A stretch of DNA of 64,000 nt from an uncultured Flavobacteriaceae bacterium (GTDB lineage Bacteria > Bacteroidota > Bacteroidia > Flavobacteriales > Flavobacteriaceae). This document shows, piece after piece, positions 40,908 through 50,871 of this stretch. The notes below the pieces were generated by a model. It worked only from the letters and a program-made list of their open reading frames with translations, searched no databases and was not told where the DNA came from. Every line of letters begins with the position of its first letter. The stretch's first letter is position 1. The position numbers and the translations under genes are program-made. Where the stretch lies: contig CAZZNK010000001.1 in NCBI GenBank assembly GCA_964655585.1, positions 15,199 to 79,198 on the forward strand, given 5' to 3'.

Positions 40908-40982
40908 GATAATTATTTTTTATGATTCCTACTCGTAAGGCTTTTCGGATTTCTCCATAACAGGTATTTATGATTTTTCTAA

Positions 40983-42080
40983 CTAATATTTTGAATAATA
41001 ATTCAAAATTTCATTAATGGTTTCTATACGTTGCTCGTCTTTTTCAATTAGTAATTCATGTTGTGCATTTTCAACCTCATAAGCTTTGTAATTTTTCCCT
41101 AGTTTTTTTGCTTTATTGATGAATTTTTGGTGTGCATATGGATATACAATTTGTTCGTTTTCTGCAGAAAAAAGAATAAAAGGTGTTTTGATTTTATCAA
41201 TATTATTAAATATATAATCAAATTGTTGACACGATTTATGAACCCAATGATAAGTTGCTCCTCCTAGTTTTGCTTTAGGTTCTTTAGCAAAAGCATCAAT
41301 CATTCTATCATACCTCAATTTAGAACCTGTTAAAGTATTTCCTTTAAAAGTAGTTTTATCATCTTTATACCCCGACTGACCTAGTACATATTTTGGGTTT
41401 GAGCCTTCAAGAACTCTAACAATAGTACAAATAGCTGGTTTAAAACCCAACATTGGAGATGAGAATGCTGCAGCATTAAAATCATGAGGGTTTTGTTCTA
41501 GATATGTCATTCCAATAGCCCCACCCATTGAATGAGCTAAGAGATAAGTTTTTTTGTAATTTTTAGATTTTAAATAATTATCGTAGAAAAATTTCATGTC
41601 ATCAATATAAAACTGAAAAGAATCTATGTAGCCCATTTCAGAATCTTTGGTCATTCTATCAGATAAACCTTGTCCTCGATGATCGTGAATGTAAATCGAA
41701 TAACCATTATTAAAAAAATCAAAAATAAGTTCTTTGTATTTTATGGCAGCTTCTGTTCTTCCAGAAGAAATTAAAATTACTTTTTCTGTATTCTTTTGTT
41801 CAAATATTCGATAATATATTTTTACATCTGCTTTTCCTACAAAAGTCCCTTGTTTTCCACTATCATAAAAATCTTCAATTTTTTTACTATATGTTTTGTT
41901 CCTTAATTCATTTACTGTGGTAAGATTGTGTTTGTTCTTTTCTTTTAATAAATGACTGAAGTTCCGATTGCAAGAAGATAAAATAATTATCAATATAAAA
42001 AACAGGTATTTTAAGTTTTTTATACGGAGTATGGGTTTCTGTATGGCGTTGAATTTGGGAGATTTCGTGAGTATTAACAT
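40983..42080 (-). CDS. Alpha/beta hydrolase, lysophospholipase L2 (PldB)-like, probable lipoprotein
   Basis: SGRTE..IKY.E, DHRGQGLS.R, AHSMGG nucleophile, A.HE; LSSC lipobox; start uncertain. Confidence 0.85.
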   Translation of the reverse strand: MLILTKSPKFNAIQKPILRIKNLKYLFFILIIILSSCNRNFSHLLKEKNKHNLTTVNELRNKTYSKKIEDFYDSGKQGTFVGKADVKIYYRIFEQKNTEKVILISSGRTEAAIKYKELIFDFFNNGYSIYIHDHRGQGLSDRMTKDSEMGYIDSFQFYIDDMKFFYDNYLKSKNYKKTYLLAHSMGGAIGMTYLEQNPHDFNAAAFSSPMLGFKPAICTIVRVLEGSNPKYVLGQSGYKDDKTTFKGNTLTGSKLRYDRMIDAFAKEPKAKLGGATYHWVHKSCQQFDYIFNNIDKIKTPFILFSAENEQIVYPYAHQKFINKAKKLGKNYKAYEVENAQHELLIEKDEQRIETINEILNYYSKY

Positions 42081-42172
42081 TTTATTCAGGTAGTTGGGAG
42101 ATCGTTCTTATTTTAATAGTATAAGAAAATATTTTAGCTAAGTTAGGCTAAAAAATGGAGAAAGTAAAGTTT

Positions 42173-43414
42173 TTACTTCGTACTATTTTTTGCCTCAATC
42201 CATTTACTCATGTATTTTGTAGCTTGTAATGTTTGATGTTGTAATAAGCCACCAATAAAATTTTGGAATCTATGATGAGTTAAGTTTTGCTGAATATCTG
42301 CTATTCTTCGGATAAAAGGCATACTCAAGGTCTCTTTGTCATAGATTTTATTGATGATTTCTATACCATTTTTTTGCGATGCTTTCCAAACAGGTTTGTT
42401 GGTATAGAGCTCAATTGCTTTCTGAATAAATTGTTTAAAATCATCCTCAATAAAACCATTCCAATCTAGGTTTTTATGCATTCCTTCTGCTCCGATTTCT
42501 GTAGTAACACTTGGTGTGCCACAAACCATTGCTTCGGTCAATTTTCCTTTTATTCCTGCGCCAAACCGTATGGGTGCTAATACTACTTTGGCGTTTTGTA
42601 CTACATCTTGTGCGTTTTTAGCAAACCCTTTTACTAAGAAGCCTTCTTTTTTGTTGTGCAATTCTACAATTTGCTGTGTTAGGTACGCACCGTAAATATG
42701 CAATTCGGCAGTCGGCAATTCTTTTCTGATATTTTTCCAGATGTTCTTTTTTAATTGTAAAACAGCATCGACATTGGGTTTGTGTAAAAAATTACCGATA
42801 GTTACAAAATGATTTCGTTCTTCGAAAGGTTGCCAATTATTAGTAGTTTTTACGTCAATTTTTTCTAGTAAAAAAGGTAAATAATAGAGGATGTTTTTAT
42901 CAATTTTAAAGATATTTTGAAGTAAATTCATTTCAAAAGAAGAGATAATTAAAGACAAATCACAACGTAAAATAGCTGCGATTTCGCGTTTTGCAATATC
43001 AGTAGTTAACAAATTATCAAAAGAAAAATCAATTCCTTTCTTTAATGCTTCATGTCTTGTTTTTCTTAGTGAATGCAAATCTTCGGTATCTAAAATTCTA
43101 AGTGCTTTTGGGCAGTTTTCTGTAACTCGCCAACCGAATTGTTCTTCGGTAATAAATCGATCAAAAAGTACAATGGTTGGATTCAGTTTTTTAACAAACT
43201 CATCAAAAGAAGCATTGTTTAATTCAACAGAAGCTTCATTAATTTGTAAAGAAGATAAATCAACAGAATTATCATTTTTAGCAGCAGTACTAGCAAATGT
43301 AATTTTATAGTTTTGATTTAAAAAAAGTTCAATAAGTTGCAACATTCTACTGCCAGCAGCAGAAGAATTGGGTTCTACCCAAACGGTACCAATAATTAAT
43401 ATAGTGTGTTGCAA
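42173..43414 (-). CDS. Glycosyltransferase family 4 protein
   Basis: EPNSSAAG.R, IGNFLHKPN, APIRFGAGIKGK..EAM..G.P. Confidence 0.9.
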   Translation of the reverse strand: MQHTILIIGTVWVEPNSSAAGSRMLQLIELFLNQNYKITFASTAAKNDNSVDLSSLQINEASVELNNASFDEFVKKLNPTIVLFDRFITEEQFGWRVTENCPKALRILDTEDLHSLRKTRHEALKKGIDFSFDNLLTTDIAKREIAAILRCDLSLIISSFEMNLLQNIFKIDKNILYYLPFLLEKIDVKTTNNWQPFEERNHFVTIGNFLHKPNVDAVLQLKKNIWKNIRKELPTAELHIYGAYLTQQIVELHNKKEGFLVKGFAKNAQDVVQNAKVVLAPIRFGAGIKGKLTEAMVCGTPSVTTEIGAEGMHKNLDWNGFIEDDFKQFIQKAIELYTNKPVWKASQKNGIEIINKIYDKETLSMPFIRRIADIQQNLTHHRFQNFIGGLLQHQTLQATKYMSKWIEAKNSTK

Positions 43415-43888
43415 TTATTTAAGCCTTTGTTGGTATGCTTTTCTTTTTGTGGTTGCCCAATTTTTTATCATTTTTACTTGCTCATTGCTTAATCTTGCTT
43501 CGTTGTGCATTAATAAATACGATTTTAAAGGCATTTCTTTTTCGTCTAAAACTTCTATAATTTCCTCTAACTTATGGTCTTTTTTCTTTACAGAATACGA
43601 TTGCCATTCAGAGAAATTAAGTTCTTCTTTTCCTTCAATAACATGTGCTGCCATTTTAAAGCTTATGGGTGCAATTTTACTATACCAAGGATATTTTGTG
43701 CTGTTTGTATGACAATCTGCACAAGCATTTTTTATGATGTTACCAACTTCAGAAGAAGCATTGGTATCTGCCAAAAAAGGAACAAGTTTCATTTCTCCTT
43801 CATTTTTATCGGGATGAAAAAACTGGATGGCTACAAATAAAATAACTAAGGGTACTACGATATATTTTAAAAACTGTTTTCTCATCAT
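43415..43888 (-). CDS. Haem-binding domain protein (c-type)
   Basis: CADCH, YPWY, LNFSEW, EMPL.SY. Confidence 0.9.
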   Translation of the reverse strand: MMRKQFLKYIVVPLVILFVAIQFFHPDKNEGEMKLVPFLADTNASSEVGNIIKNACADCHTNSTKYPWYSKIAPISFKMAAHVIEGKEELNFSEWQSYSVKKKDHKLEEIIEVLDEKEMPLKSYLLMHNEARLSNEQVKMIKNWATTKRKAYQQRLK

Positions 43889-43984
43889 TTTATATATTAA
43901 ATGGTTTAAATAACAAAAATACTAAGCTACGTCTAAAAATCAACAATAATATGTATTTTTGTTTTCTTTAAAACTAAAAGTAAA

Positions 43985-45385
43985 ATGAAATACGACATCA
44001 TTGTTATCGGTTCTGGACCTGGAGGATATATTGCCGCAGTTAGAGCATCGCAATTAGGGAAAAAAGTTGCCATTATAGAAAAATATGCAACACTTGGTGG
44101 AACTTGTTTAAATGTTGGGTGTATCCCGTCTAAAGCATTATTAGACTCTTCTCACCATTATTACGATGCAGTGCATCATTTTGATACTCATGGGATTACT
44201 GTAGAAAACCCAACGGTAGATTTTACCAAAATGGTAGCGCGTAAAAATACTGTTGTAGAGCAAACTACTGGTGGAATTAAATTTTTAATGGATAAAAACA
44301 AAGTAGATATGTACGAAGGACTAGGTTCTTTTGTAGATGCTACGCATGTTAAAATCACTAAAAAAGATGGTTCGTCAGAAGTAATTGAAGCGATAAATAC
44401 AATTATTGCTACAGGATCAAAACCATCAACTTTACCATTTATAAAACTAGATAAAGAGCGTGTAATAACCTCTACAGAGGCATTGAATTTAAAAGAAATT
44501 CCGAAACACTTATTGGTAATTGGTGGTGGTGTTATTGGTTTAGAATTAGGATCTGTATATAAACGTTTAGGTGCAGAGGTTACTGTAATTGAGTATGCTC
44601 CTAAAATTACACCAACCATGGATGCTGATGTTTCTAAAGAGTTACAAAAAGTATTGAAGAAACAAAAAATGAAGTTGGCAGTTGGTCACGGCGTTTCATC
44701 CGTAGAAAGAAAAGGAGATGAGGTTATTGTAACAGCTACTGATAAAAAAGGGAAGGAAGTGATATTTACGGGTGATTATTGTTTGGTTGCTGTAGGAAGA
44801 AAACCTTATACTGAAGGATTAGATTTAGAAAAGGCGAATGTAAAATTAAATGCTAGAAATCAAGTTGAAGTGAATGAGCATTTACAAACAAGTGCTTCTA
44901 ATATTTATGCTATTGGCGATGTAATTGAAGGTGCAATGTTGGCACATAAGGCAGAAGAAGAGGCAGTTGCTGTAGCAGAGTTTATTGCGGGTCAAAAACC
45001 TCATATCGATTATAATTTAATTCCTGGCGTAGTATATACTTGGCCAGAAGTAGCTGCTGTTGGTAAAACAGAGCAAGAATTAAAAGAGGCTTCGGTTGAT
45101 TATAAAGTGGGTAAATTTTCAATGCGTGCCTTAGGTAGGTCTAGAGCAAGTGGAGATTTAGACGGATTTGTAAAGATTTTAGCTGATAAAACTACGGATG
45201 AAATTTTAGGAGTTCATATTGTAGGTGCAAGAGCGGCAGATTTAATTATGGAAGCTGCAGTTGCGATGGAATATAGAGCATCGGCAGAAGATTTGGCAAG
45301 AATTTGTCATGGACATCCAACGTATTCTGAGGCGATAAAAGAAGCTGCAAAAGGAGCTTGGGATGGGAAACCGTTGAATGCCTAG
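43985..45385 (+). CDS. lpdA: Dihydrolipoyl dehydrogenase
   Basis: GSGPGGY, GGTCLNVGCIPSK, HPTYSE. Confidence 0.98.
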   Translation: MKYDIIVIGSGPGGYIAAVRASQLGKKVAIIEKYATLGGTCLNVGCIPSKALLDSSHHYYDAVHHFDTHGITVENPTVDFTKMVARKNTVVEQTTGGIKFLMDKNKVDMYEGLGSFVDATHVKITKKDGSSEVIEAINTIIATGSKPSTLPFIKLDKERVITSTEALNLKEIPKHLLVIGGGVIGLELGSVYKRLGAEVTVIEYAPKITPTMDADVSKELQKVLKKQKMKLAVGHGVSSVERKGDEVIVTATDKKGKEVIFTGDYCLVAVGRKPYTEGLDLEKANVKLNARNQVEVNEHLQTSASNIYAIGDVIEGAMLAHKAEEEAVAVAEFIAGQKPHIDYNLIPGVVYTWPEVAAVGKTEQELKEASVDYKVGKFSMRALGRSRASGDLDGFVKILADKTTDEILGVHIVGARAADLIMEAAVAMEYRASAEDLARICHGHPTYSEAIKEAAKGAWDGKPLNA

Positions 45386-45407
45386 TTTTTAAAGTGAAAA
45401 TATACAG

Positions 45408-45446
45408 AGTGAGGGTGTGATTTAGAGTCACACCCTCACTTATTTT
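45408..45446 (+). terminator. Terminator after lpdA
   Basis: 13-bp stem AGTGAGGGTGTGA/TCACACCCTCACT then TATTTT. Confidence 0.75.
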
Positions 45447-45526
45447 AGATCGACCTGTCAGGTTGAAAATATGAAAATATTTTAGGGGTATAAAATTTTC
45501 CTGTAATTTTATAATATAACTTCTTG

Positions 45527-46618
45527 CTACACTTTTATAAAAATTTTCTTTTTGTATAATACATAACTAATAATACAATAAAAACTTACTACAGTTATTG
45601 CGTAGCAAAATGAAGCGAGTTTATCTGAATAAATAAAATTTGTATAAATGTTTTTATACAGCCAACTATGAATAGATGTTTTTTCTGATATTTTTATCAA
45701 ATAAAAACTTTTGGCAATAAACCCCGACATAAAAAAGATAAGAATTGCATTTGAGCCTACATATTTAAAGATAGTACCAAAAGTAATACCTTTTTTATCA
45801 ATTAGAAAATACAATATACTTATTAAAATAGATGCCCAACCTGCAGTAATTAATACAAAACTACTAGACCAAATAGCTTTGTTTATTGGAAACCAAAGAT
45901 TCCACACGTATCCAAAAACCAACAAAAAAACACCTATAATAAATAATTTTATAGTTTTTAAATGATATTGAAATAATAATATTTTACCAATTAAAACGCC
46001 AATTAAAGTGGTGGCAATTGCAGGTAATGTACTTAATAATCCTTCTGGGTCATAATCTTTTTTCCACGTATGGTTTTTTAAAACGTGTACATCTATGTAG
46101 TTCGCCCAATTGTTTGGTGCTCTATTAAAAGTTGGTAAATCGCCGTTTGGTAAAGGCACAAAGCCCATCCAAAGGAAATAGCCAACAAGGAGCGTGATTA
46201 CTATTCCTGTTAATATTTTCCAATTAAAATGTAAGTTTAAAATAGCTGCGACAAAAAACACAATTCCGATTCTTTGTAAAACGCCAGGGAAACGTACTTG
46301 ATCAAAAGGTTTAAAAAAAGGGAAATAGGGTAAAAACCATCCTAAAAACAAACCTAAACCAATCAGTTTTAAGCTTCTGATAAATATCTTTTTATAGGTG
46401 ATGAAATTTCCGATTTTGTTATTGTACGCAAATGAAATTGAAACCCCAACGATAAATAAAAAGAATGGAAAAATTAAATCTGTTGGTGTATAACCGTGCC
46501 AATCTGCATGCCGTAAAGGCGCATAAATATGTGACCAATTACCAGGGTTGTTTACCAAAATCATGGCAATAATAGTAACTCCTCTTAATACATCAATCGA
46601 TTCAACTCTGTTTTTCAA
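45527..46618 (-). CDS. HGSNAT-like membrane acetyltransferase (NagX-like)
   Basis: SIDVLRG, HADWHG.T.TDLIFP.FLF, GVLQRI, DPEGLLS, PINKAIWSSS. Confidence 0.88.
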   Translation of the reverse strand: MKNRVESIDVLRGVTIIAMILVNNPGNWSHIYAPLRHADWHGYTPTDLIFPFFLFIVGVSISFAYNNKIGNFITYKKIFIRSLKLIGLGLFLGWFLPYFPFFKPFDQVRFPGVLQRIGIVFFVAAILNLHFNWKILTGIVITLLVGYFLWMGFVPLPNGDLPTFNRAPNNWANYIDVHVLKNHTWKKDYDPEGLLSTLPAIATTLIGVLIGKILLFQYHLKTIKLFIIGVFLLVFGYVWNLWFPINKAIWSSSFVLITAGWASILISILYFLIDKKGITFGTIFKYVGSNAILIFFMSGFIAKSFYLIKISEKTSIHSWLYKNIYTNFIYSDKLASFCYAITVVSFYCIISYVLYKKKIFIKV

Positions 46619-46627
46619 AATAAATAA

Positions 46628-47938
46628 TTATTTCTTCAATCCTAATTTATGACCTGAAATGGCATAGTATAAAATTAGAATATAACAAGGAAATAAAATC
46701 CAATAACTCCCTGTTGCAGCATCTGCAGACGCAGTAATTTCACTAATTCCTTGTGCAATTAATTCTGCTTTTTTGCTATCAACCAATCTTCCATATAATG
46801 GCGGGATAATGGCTCCACCAGCAATTGCCATAATTAATAGGGCAGAAGCTGTTTTTGTAAATTTACCTAATCCTTCGAGTGTTAATGGCCAAATTGCTGG
46901 CCAAACTAAGGCATTTGCAATTCCTAAAGCGGCAACAAATAATACGGATGTAAAACCTGTAGTAAATATGATTGCTGTTGTAAAAACTATTCCTAAAATA
47001 GCACTGATTTTTAAAGCGGTAGTTTGGTTAATGTATTTAGGTATTAATACAACACCTAAGGCGTAAGTTCCTACCATTGCCATTAAGGTAAATGTGGTAA
47101 AGAATTTTGCGTCTGCTCCGGGAATTCCTAAGGAAATTCCGTAGGAAATAATAGTGTCTCCAGCAATAACTTCTGCACCAACATATACAAACAAAGCTAA
47201 TACACCTAGCCATAAATGTGGAAATTGAAAAATACTAGTTTTTGCTGTTTCTCCTTCTTTTATTTCTTCTTCGACCGCTTCTACATGAGGTAAAGGTGCG
47301 TTTCTTATTAAAATTCCTAATACAAATAATACTATTGCCATTACAAGATACGGTGTAATAACACTATCTGCCATTGTGTTAAGTAATTGTTCTTTTTCTG
47401 CACCTGTTACGGTGGTTAATTTGTCTTTAATTTCATCAATGCCTGATAATAAAATTGCTCCGAAAATAAGGGAGCCTAAAGCTCCGGCAACTTTATTAGA
47501 AATTCCCATGATAGAAATTCGTTTTGCGGCACTTTCTATAGGTCCTAAAATAGTAATGTATGGGTTTGATGCTGTTTGCAACAAAGTCATTCCTATTCCT
47601 TGTACAAAAATTCCTGCTAAGAAAATCCAGTAGGTTCTTGCATTTGCTGCAGGTATAAAAATCAATGCACCAATTGCCATTACTATTAGTCCTAAAGACA
47701 TTCCTTTTTTATAACCAATTTTTCCGATTACCCAAGAGGCAGGTAATGCCATGACAACAAAAGAAATGTACGATGCCGAGGCAACTAGATAAGATTGCGC
47801 ATCGGTTAGTTCGTTAATGGTCTTCATAAACGGAATTAAGGCTCCGTTGATCCAAGTTACAAATCCGAAGATAAAAAATAACCCTGCAATAATTGCTATT
47901 GGGATTGTCATACTTTTATTTTGCTGAGTCTGAGACAT
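46628..47938 (-). CDS. Sugar MFS transporter (FucP/GluP/NagP-like)
   Basis: LFFIFGFVTW, LQTASNPY, YVGAEV, MAIAGGAIIP. Confidence 0.92.
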   Translation of the reverse strand: MSQTQQNKSMTIPIAIIAGLFFIFGFVTWINGALIPFMKTINELTDAQSYLVASASYISFVVMALPASWVIGKIGYKKGMSLGLIVMAIGALIFIPAANARTYWIFLAGIFVQGIGMTLLQTASNPYITILGPIESAAKRISIMGISNKVAGALGSLIFGAILLSGIDEIKDKLTTVTGAEKEQLLNTMADSVITPYLVMAIVLFVLGILIRNAPLPHVEAVEEEIKEGETAKTSIFQFPHLWLGVLALFVYVGAEVIAGDTIISYGISLGIPGADAKFFTTFTLMAMVGTYALGVVLIPKYINQTTALKISAILGIVFTTAIIFTTGFTSVLFVAALGIANALVWPAIWPLTLEGLGKFTKTASALLIMAIAGGAIIPPLYGRLVDSKKAELIAQGISEITASADAATGSYWILFPCYILILYYAISGHKLGLKK

Positions 47939-47970
47939 GTTTTAGTAAGTTTATTGTTAATTTAAAGTGT

Positions 47971-48042
47971 GTGAATTTACTAAATTATTTTTTTATTTTT
48001 AAAATTATTTCTACCATCAACCAAAAATGTATGTCAAACAAA
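47971..48042 (-). promoter_or_regulatory. Putative LytTR operator plus promoter of the MFS gene
   Basis: Minus strand TTTGTTTGA-N12-GTTGATGGT, then 33 nt, then TAAATTCAC. Confidence 0.55.
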
Positions 48043-48132
48043 CTATTTAATTTGCTATTCATAGAAATATATTTTCTGTTCTAATTTTATAAGTTACCTT
48101 GGCAGGCATTGGATTAAAAATTATAATTTATT

Positions 48133-49038
48133 TTGAAAAAAGAACTTTCATTAGTCATTTTAGCTGCCGGAATGGGTAGTAGATATGGTGGTTTAAAGCA
48201 ATTAGATGTAATGACATCTGAGAATGATACGATTATAGATTTTTCTATCTATGATGCGATTGAGGCTGGTTTTACTAAAATAGTCTTTATCATCAGAAAA
48301 AGTTTTGAAGTAGAATTTAAGGCAGTGTTTGATGCGAAATTAAAAAATAAAATAGAGGTTATTTATGTGTTTCAAGAATTAGATGCAATTCCGAATGCGT
48401 ATATTAATAAAGACAGAAAAAAACCTTGGGGTACTGCACATGCCCTTTTAATGGTAAAAGATGTAGTTGATAAGGATTTTGTAGTTATTAATGCAGATGA
48501 TTATTATGGAAAGGGTAGTTTTAAGAAAATGGCAAAGCAACTTCAAAAAAAATCTAAAAAGAATACTCGTTTTTATTTAGGGGGTTATTTATTAAAAAAT
48601 ACCATTTCTGAGTTTGGAACAGTTTCTAGAGGACAGTGTTTTTTAGACGATGGAGCATTTTTAGAAAAAATTATTGAAAGAACCAGTATTGAAAAAGTAA
48701 ATGATATCCTTTTTTATATAGATGATGATGATAATCAGGTAAAAATTGATGAAAACACCATTGTTTCTATGAATTTTTGGGGATTTACATCAGAATTATT
48801 TCCGTTTTTAGAAATGCAATTTGAGACTTTTTTAAAAGAAAACAGTACACATCCTACAAAAGAATTTTTTATTCCGTCTGTGATTGATTTACTTATTAAA
48901 AACAAAAAAGCAACCGTAAAAGTGATTAAAAATAAAGATAAATGGCTGGGAGTAACCTACAAAGAAGATAAAGAGTTTGTAGCTAAAGAAATGGCATTTT
49001 TAAAAGAGAATAAAGAATATCCTAAAAACCTTTGGTAA
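48133..49038 (+). CDS. Sugar-phosphate nucleotidyltransferase
   Basis: LAAGMGSRYGGLKQ, KPWGTAHA, INADDYYG. Confidence 0.9.
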   Translation: MKKELSLVILAAGMGSRYGGLKQLDVMTSENDTIIDFSIYDAIEAGFTKIVFIIRKSFEVEFKAVFDAKLKNKIEVIYVFQELDAIPNAYINKDRKKPWGTAHALLMVKDVVDKDFVVINADDYYGKGSFKKMAKQLQKKSKKNTRFYLGGYLLKNTISEFGTVSRGQCFLDDGAFLEKIIERTSIEKVNDILFYIDDDDNQVKIDENTIVSMNFWGFTSELFPFLEMQFETFLKENSTHPTKEFFIPSVIDLLIKNKKATVKVIKNKDKWLGVTYKEDKEFVAKEMAFLKENKEYPKNLW

Positions 49039-49039
49039 A

Positions 49040-50110
49040 ATGAGTTTAGAAAAAATAAAAAATACATTTTGTCAATTTGAAATAACTTCAGAGTTTGTAA
49101 GTTATAAAGAGCTTGTTTCTGGGCATATTAATAATACCTATTTAATTGAAACGACACAAAAGCCTTTTTATGTTTTACAACAACTAAATCATGCTGTTTT
49201 TAAGGATATTGTAGGTTTAACCGCTAATAAAGTAAAAGTAAGTGCTCATTTAAAAACAACTTCTTCTTATGCTTCACTCGATTTTATTGCTGCCAAAAAT
49301 GGCAATTATTATTACCAAGATACAAAGGGGGATTATTGGAATTTAATGATTTTTTTAGAGGATAGCATTACTTTTGATGTTGTGCCAAATACAGAAATTG
49401 CTTTTGAGGCAGGAAAGCTTTTTGGAGATTTTTTAAATGCTACTGCAAATTTTGATGCCACTCAGTTAATTGAAACGATTCCAGATTTTCATAATATGGA
49501 ATTCCGTTTTTGGCAGTTTGATGAAGCGCTAAAAACAGCATCCGAAGAGCGGAAAGAATTGGCGAAAAATCAGCTAAAACGTGTTGAGAGTTTACGAGAA
49601 GAAATGTTGATTTTACATCAGCTAAAAAAATCGGGAAAAATAAGATTGATTGTTACTCATAACGATACAAAGGTTTCAAATGCACTTTTTACACAGAACA
49701 ATAAAGGCCTGTGTGTTATCGATTTAGATACTGTAATGCCAGGAATTATTCATTATGATTTTGGTGATGCTATAAGAACTATTTGCACTACTGCAAAAGA
49801 GGATGAAACGGATTTGTCAAAAGTAAAATTCAATCTTTCTTATTTTGAATCCTTTACAAAGGGTTTTTTATCTGAAGTAAGTAACAGTATTTCAAACTTT
49901 GAAGCGCAATATTTGCCGCTAAGCGCAAAAGCAATAACGTTTATTATGGCGCTTAGAATGTTAACAGATTTTTTAAATAATGATACTTATTATAAAACAG
50001 CATATCCGCTTCATAATTTAGATAGAGTAAAAAATCAGTTGCAATTAATTGAAGAAATGGAGTTGGTTTTTGAAGAAATGAAAGAGGTTGTTACTCAATG
50101 TTTAGGATAA
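49040..50110 (+). CDS. N-acetylhexosamine 1-kinase-like phosphotransferase (APH superfamily)
   Basis: GHINNTY, ETIPDFH, HNDTK..N, IDLDTVMPG, DFGDAIR. Confidence 0.85.
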   Translation: MSLEKIKNTFCQFEITSEFVSYKELVSGHINNTYLIETTQKPFYVLQQLNHAVFKDIVGLTANKVKVSAHLKTTSSYASLDFIAAKNGNYYYQDTKGDYWNLMIFLEDSITFDVVPNTEIAFEAGKLFGDFLNATANFDATQLIETIPDFHNMEFRFWQFDEALKTASEERKELAKNQLKRVESLREEMLILHQLKKSGKIRLIVTHNDTKVSNALFTQNNKGLCVIDLDTVMPGIIHYDFGDAIRTICTTAKEDETDLSKVKFNLSYFESFTKGFLSEVSNSISNFEAQYLPLSAKAITFIMALRMLTDFLNNDTYYKTAYPLHNLDRVKNQLQLIEEMELVFEEMKEVVTQCLG

Positions 50111-50801
50111 TTTTTTTGGTGTGATTAATATATTTTCTACCAATAGGAATTCTTGTTTTATTTATTTCTACAGAGTTTCCTTCAATAGATTTAATTTTAT
50201 CTAAAGCGATAGTAAAAGATCTATGAATTCGAAGAAATTGTTTTGAAGGTAGTTCTTCGGTAATGCTTGTTAGTGATTTATGTACAAGATAATTATCGGT
50301 TTTTGTAATCACTTTAATGTAATCTTTTAAGCTTTCTATATAAAAAATCTCATCGAATTTAATTTTGATTAGTTTTTTATCTGATTTTAAAAAAATAAAA
50401 GAATTTTCATCAAGAAATTTATTTTTGCTATCAGTTTTTTGAAAATGTATTTGTTGGGTAATTTTATTTATAGTCTTTAAAAAGCGATTAAAAGGGATGG
50501 GTTTTACCAAATAATCTAATACGTCTAAATCAAAACTTTCTACGGCAAATTCTCTATATGCTGTAGTAATTACTACGTTTGTTTTTAAGGACATATTTCT
50601 TAAAAAGTCTAAACCATTCATTTTAGACATATTAATATCTAAAAAAATAACATCAATAAGTTGAGCTTCTAATAATGATAAAGCTTCTATTGGATTGTTA
50701 AATGTGTCTATTATCTCAAAATTTTGAAATTCTTTTAAATGATTTTCAACCACTTTTATAGCAAGTGGCTCGTCATCTATAATAATGCACTTTATTTTCA
50801 T
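50091..50801 (-). CDS. LytTR-family response regulator
   Basis: IIDDEPLA, FLDINM, YLVKP, FLRIHRSF. Confidence 0.96.
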   Translation of the reverse strand: MKIKCIIIDDEPLAIKVVENHLKEFQNFEIIDTFNNPIEALSLLEAQLIDVIFLDINMSKMNGLDFLRNMSLKTNVVITTAYREFAVESFDLDVLDYLVKPIPFNRFLKTINKITQQIHFQKTDSKNKFLDENSFIFLKSDKKLIKIKFDEIFYIESLKDYIKVITKTDNYLVHKSLTSITEELPSKQFLRIHRSFTIALDKIKSIEGNSVEINKTRIPIGRKYINHTKKIILNIE

Positions 50802-50871
50802 AAATAAGTAATCTATAGTAGGAGTAAAAGTACTGATTTTTAATGATTTTTTTTATAAAAGAAATAAAAAT

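Noticed and set aside
45452..45464. GACCTGTCAGGTT short palindrome
   Set aside because: It is a single short copy, possibly a repeat remnant, with too little support.
49040..50110. Aminoglycoside resistance phosphotransferase
   Set aside because: The motifs and context fit NahK-like sugar kinases.
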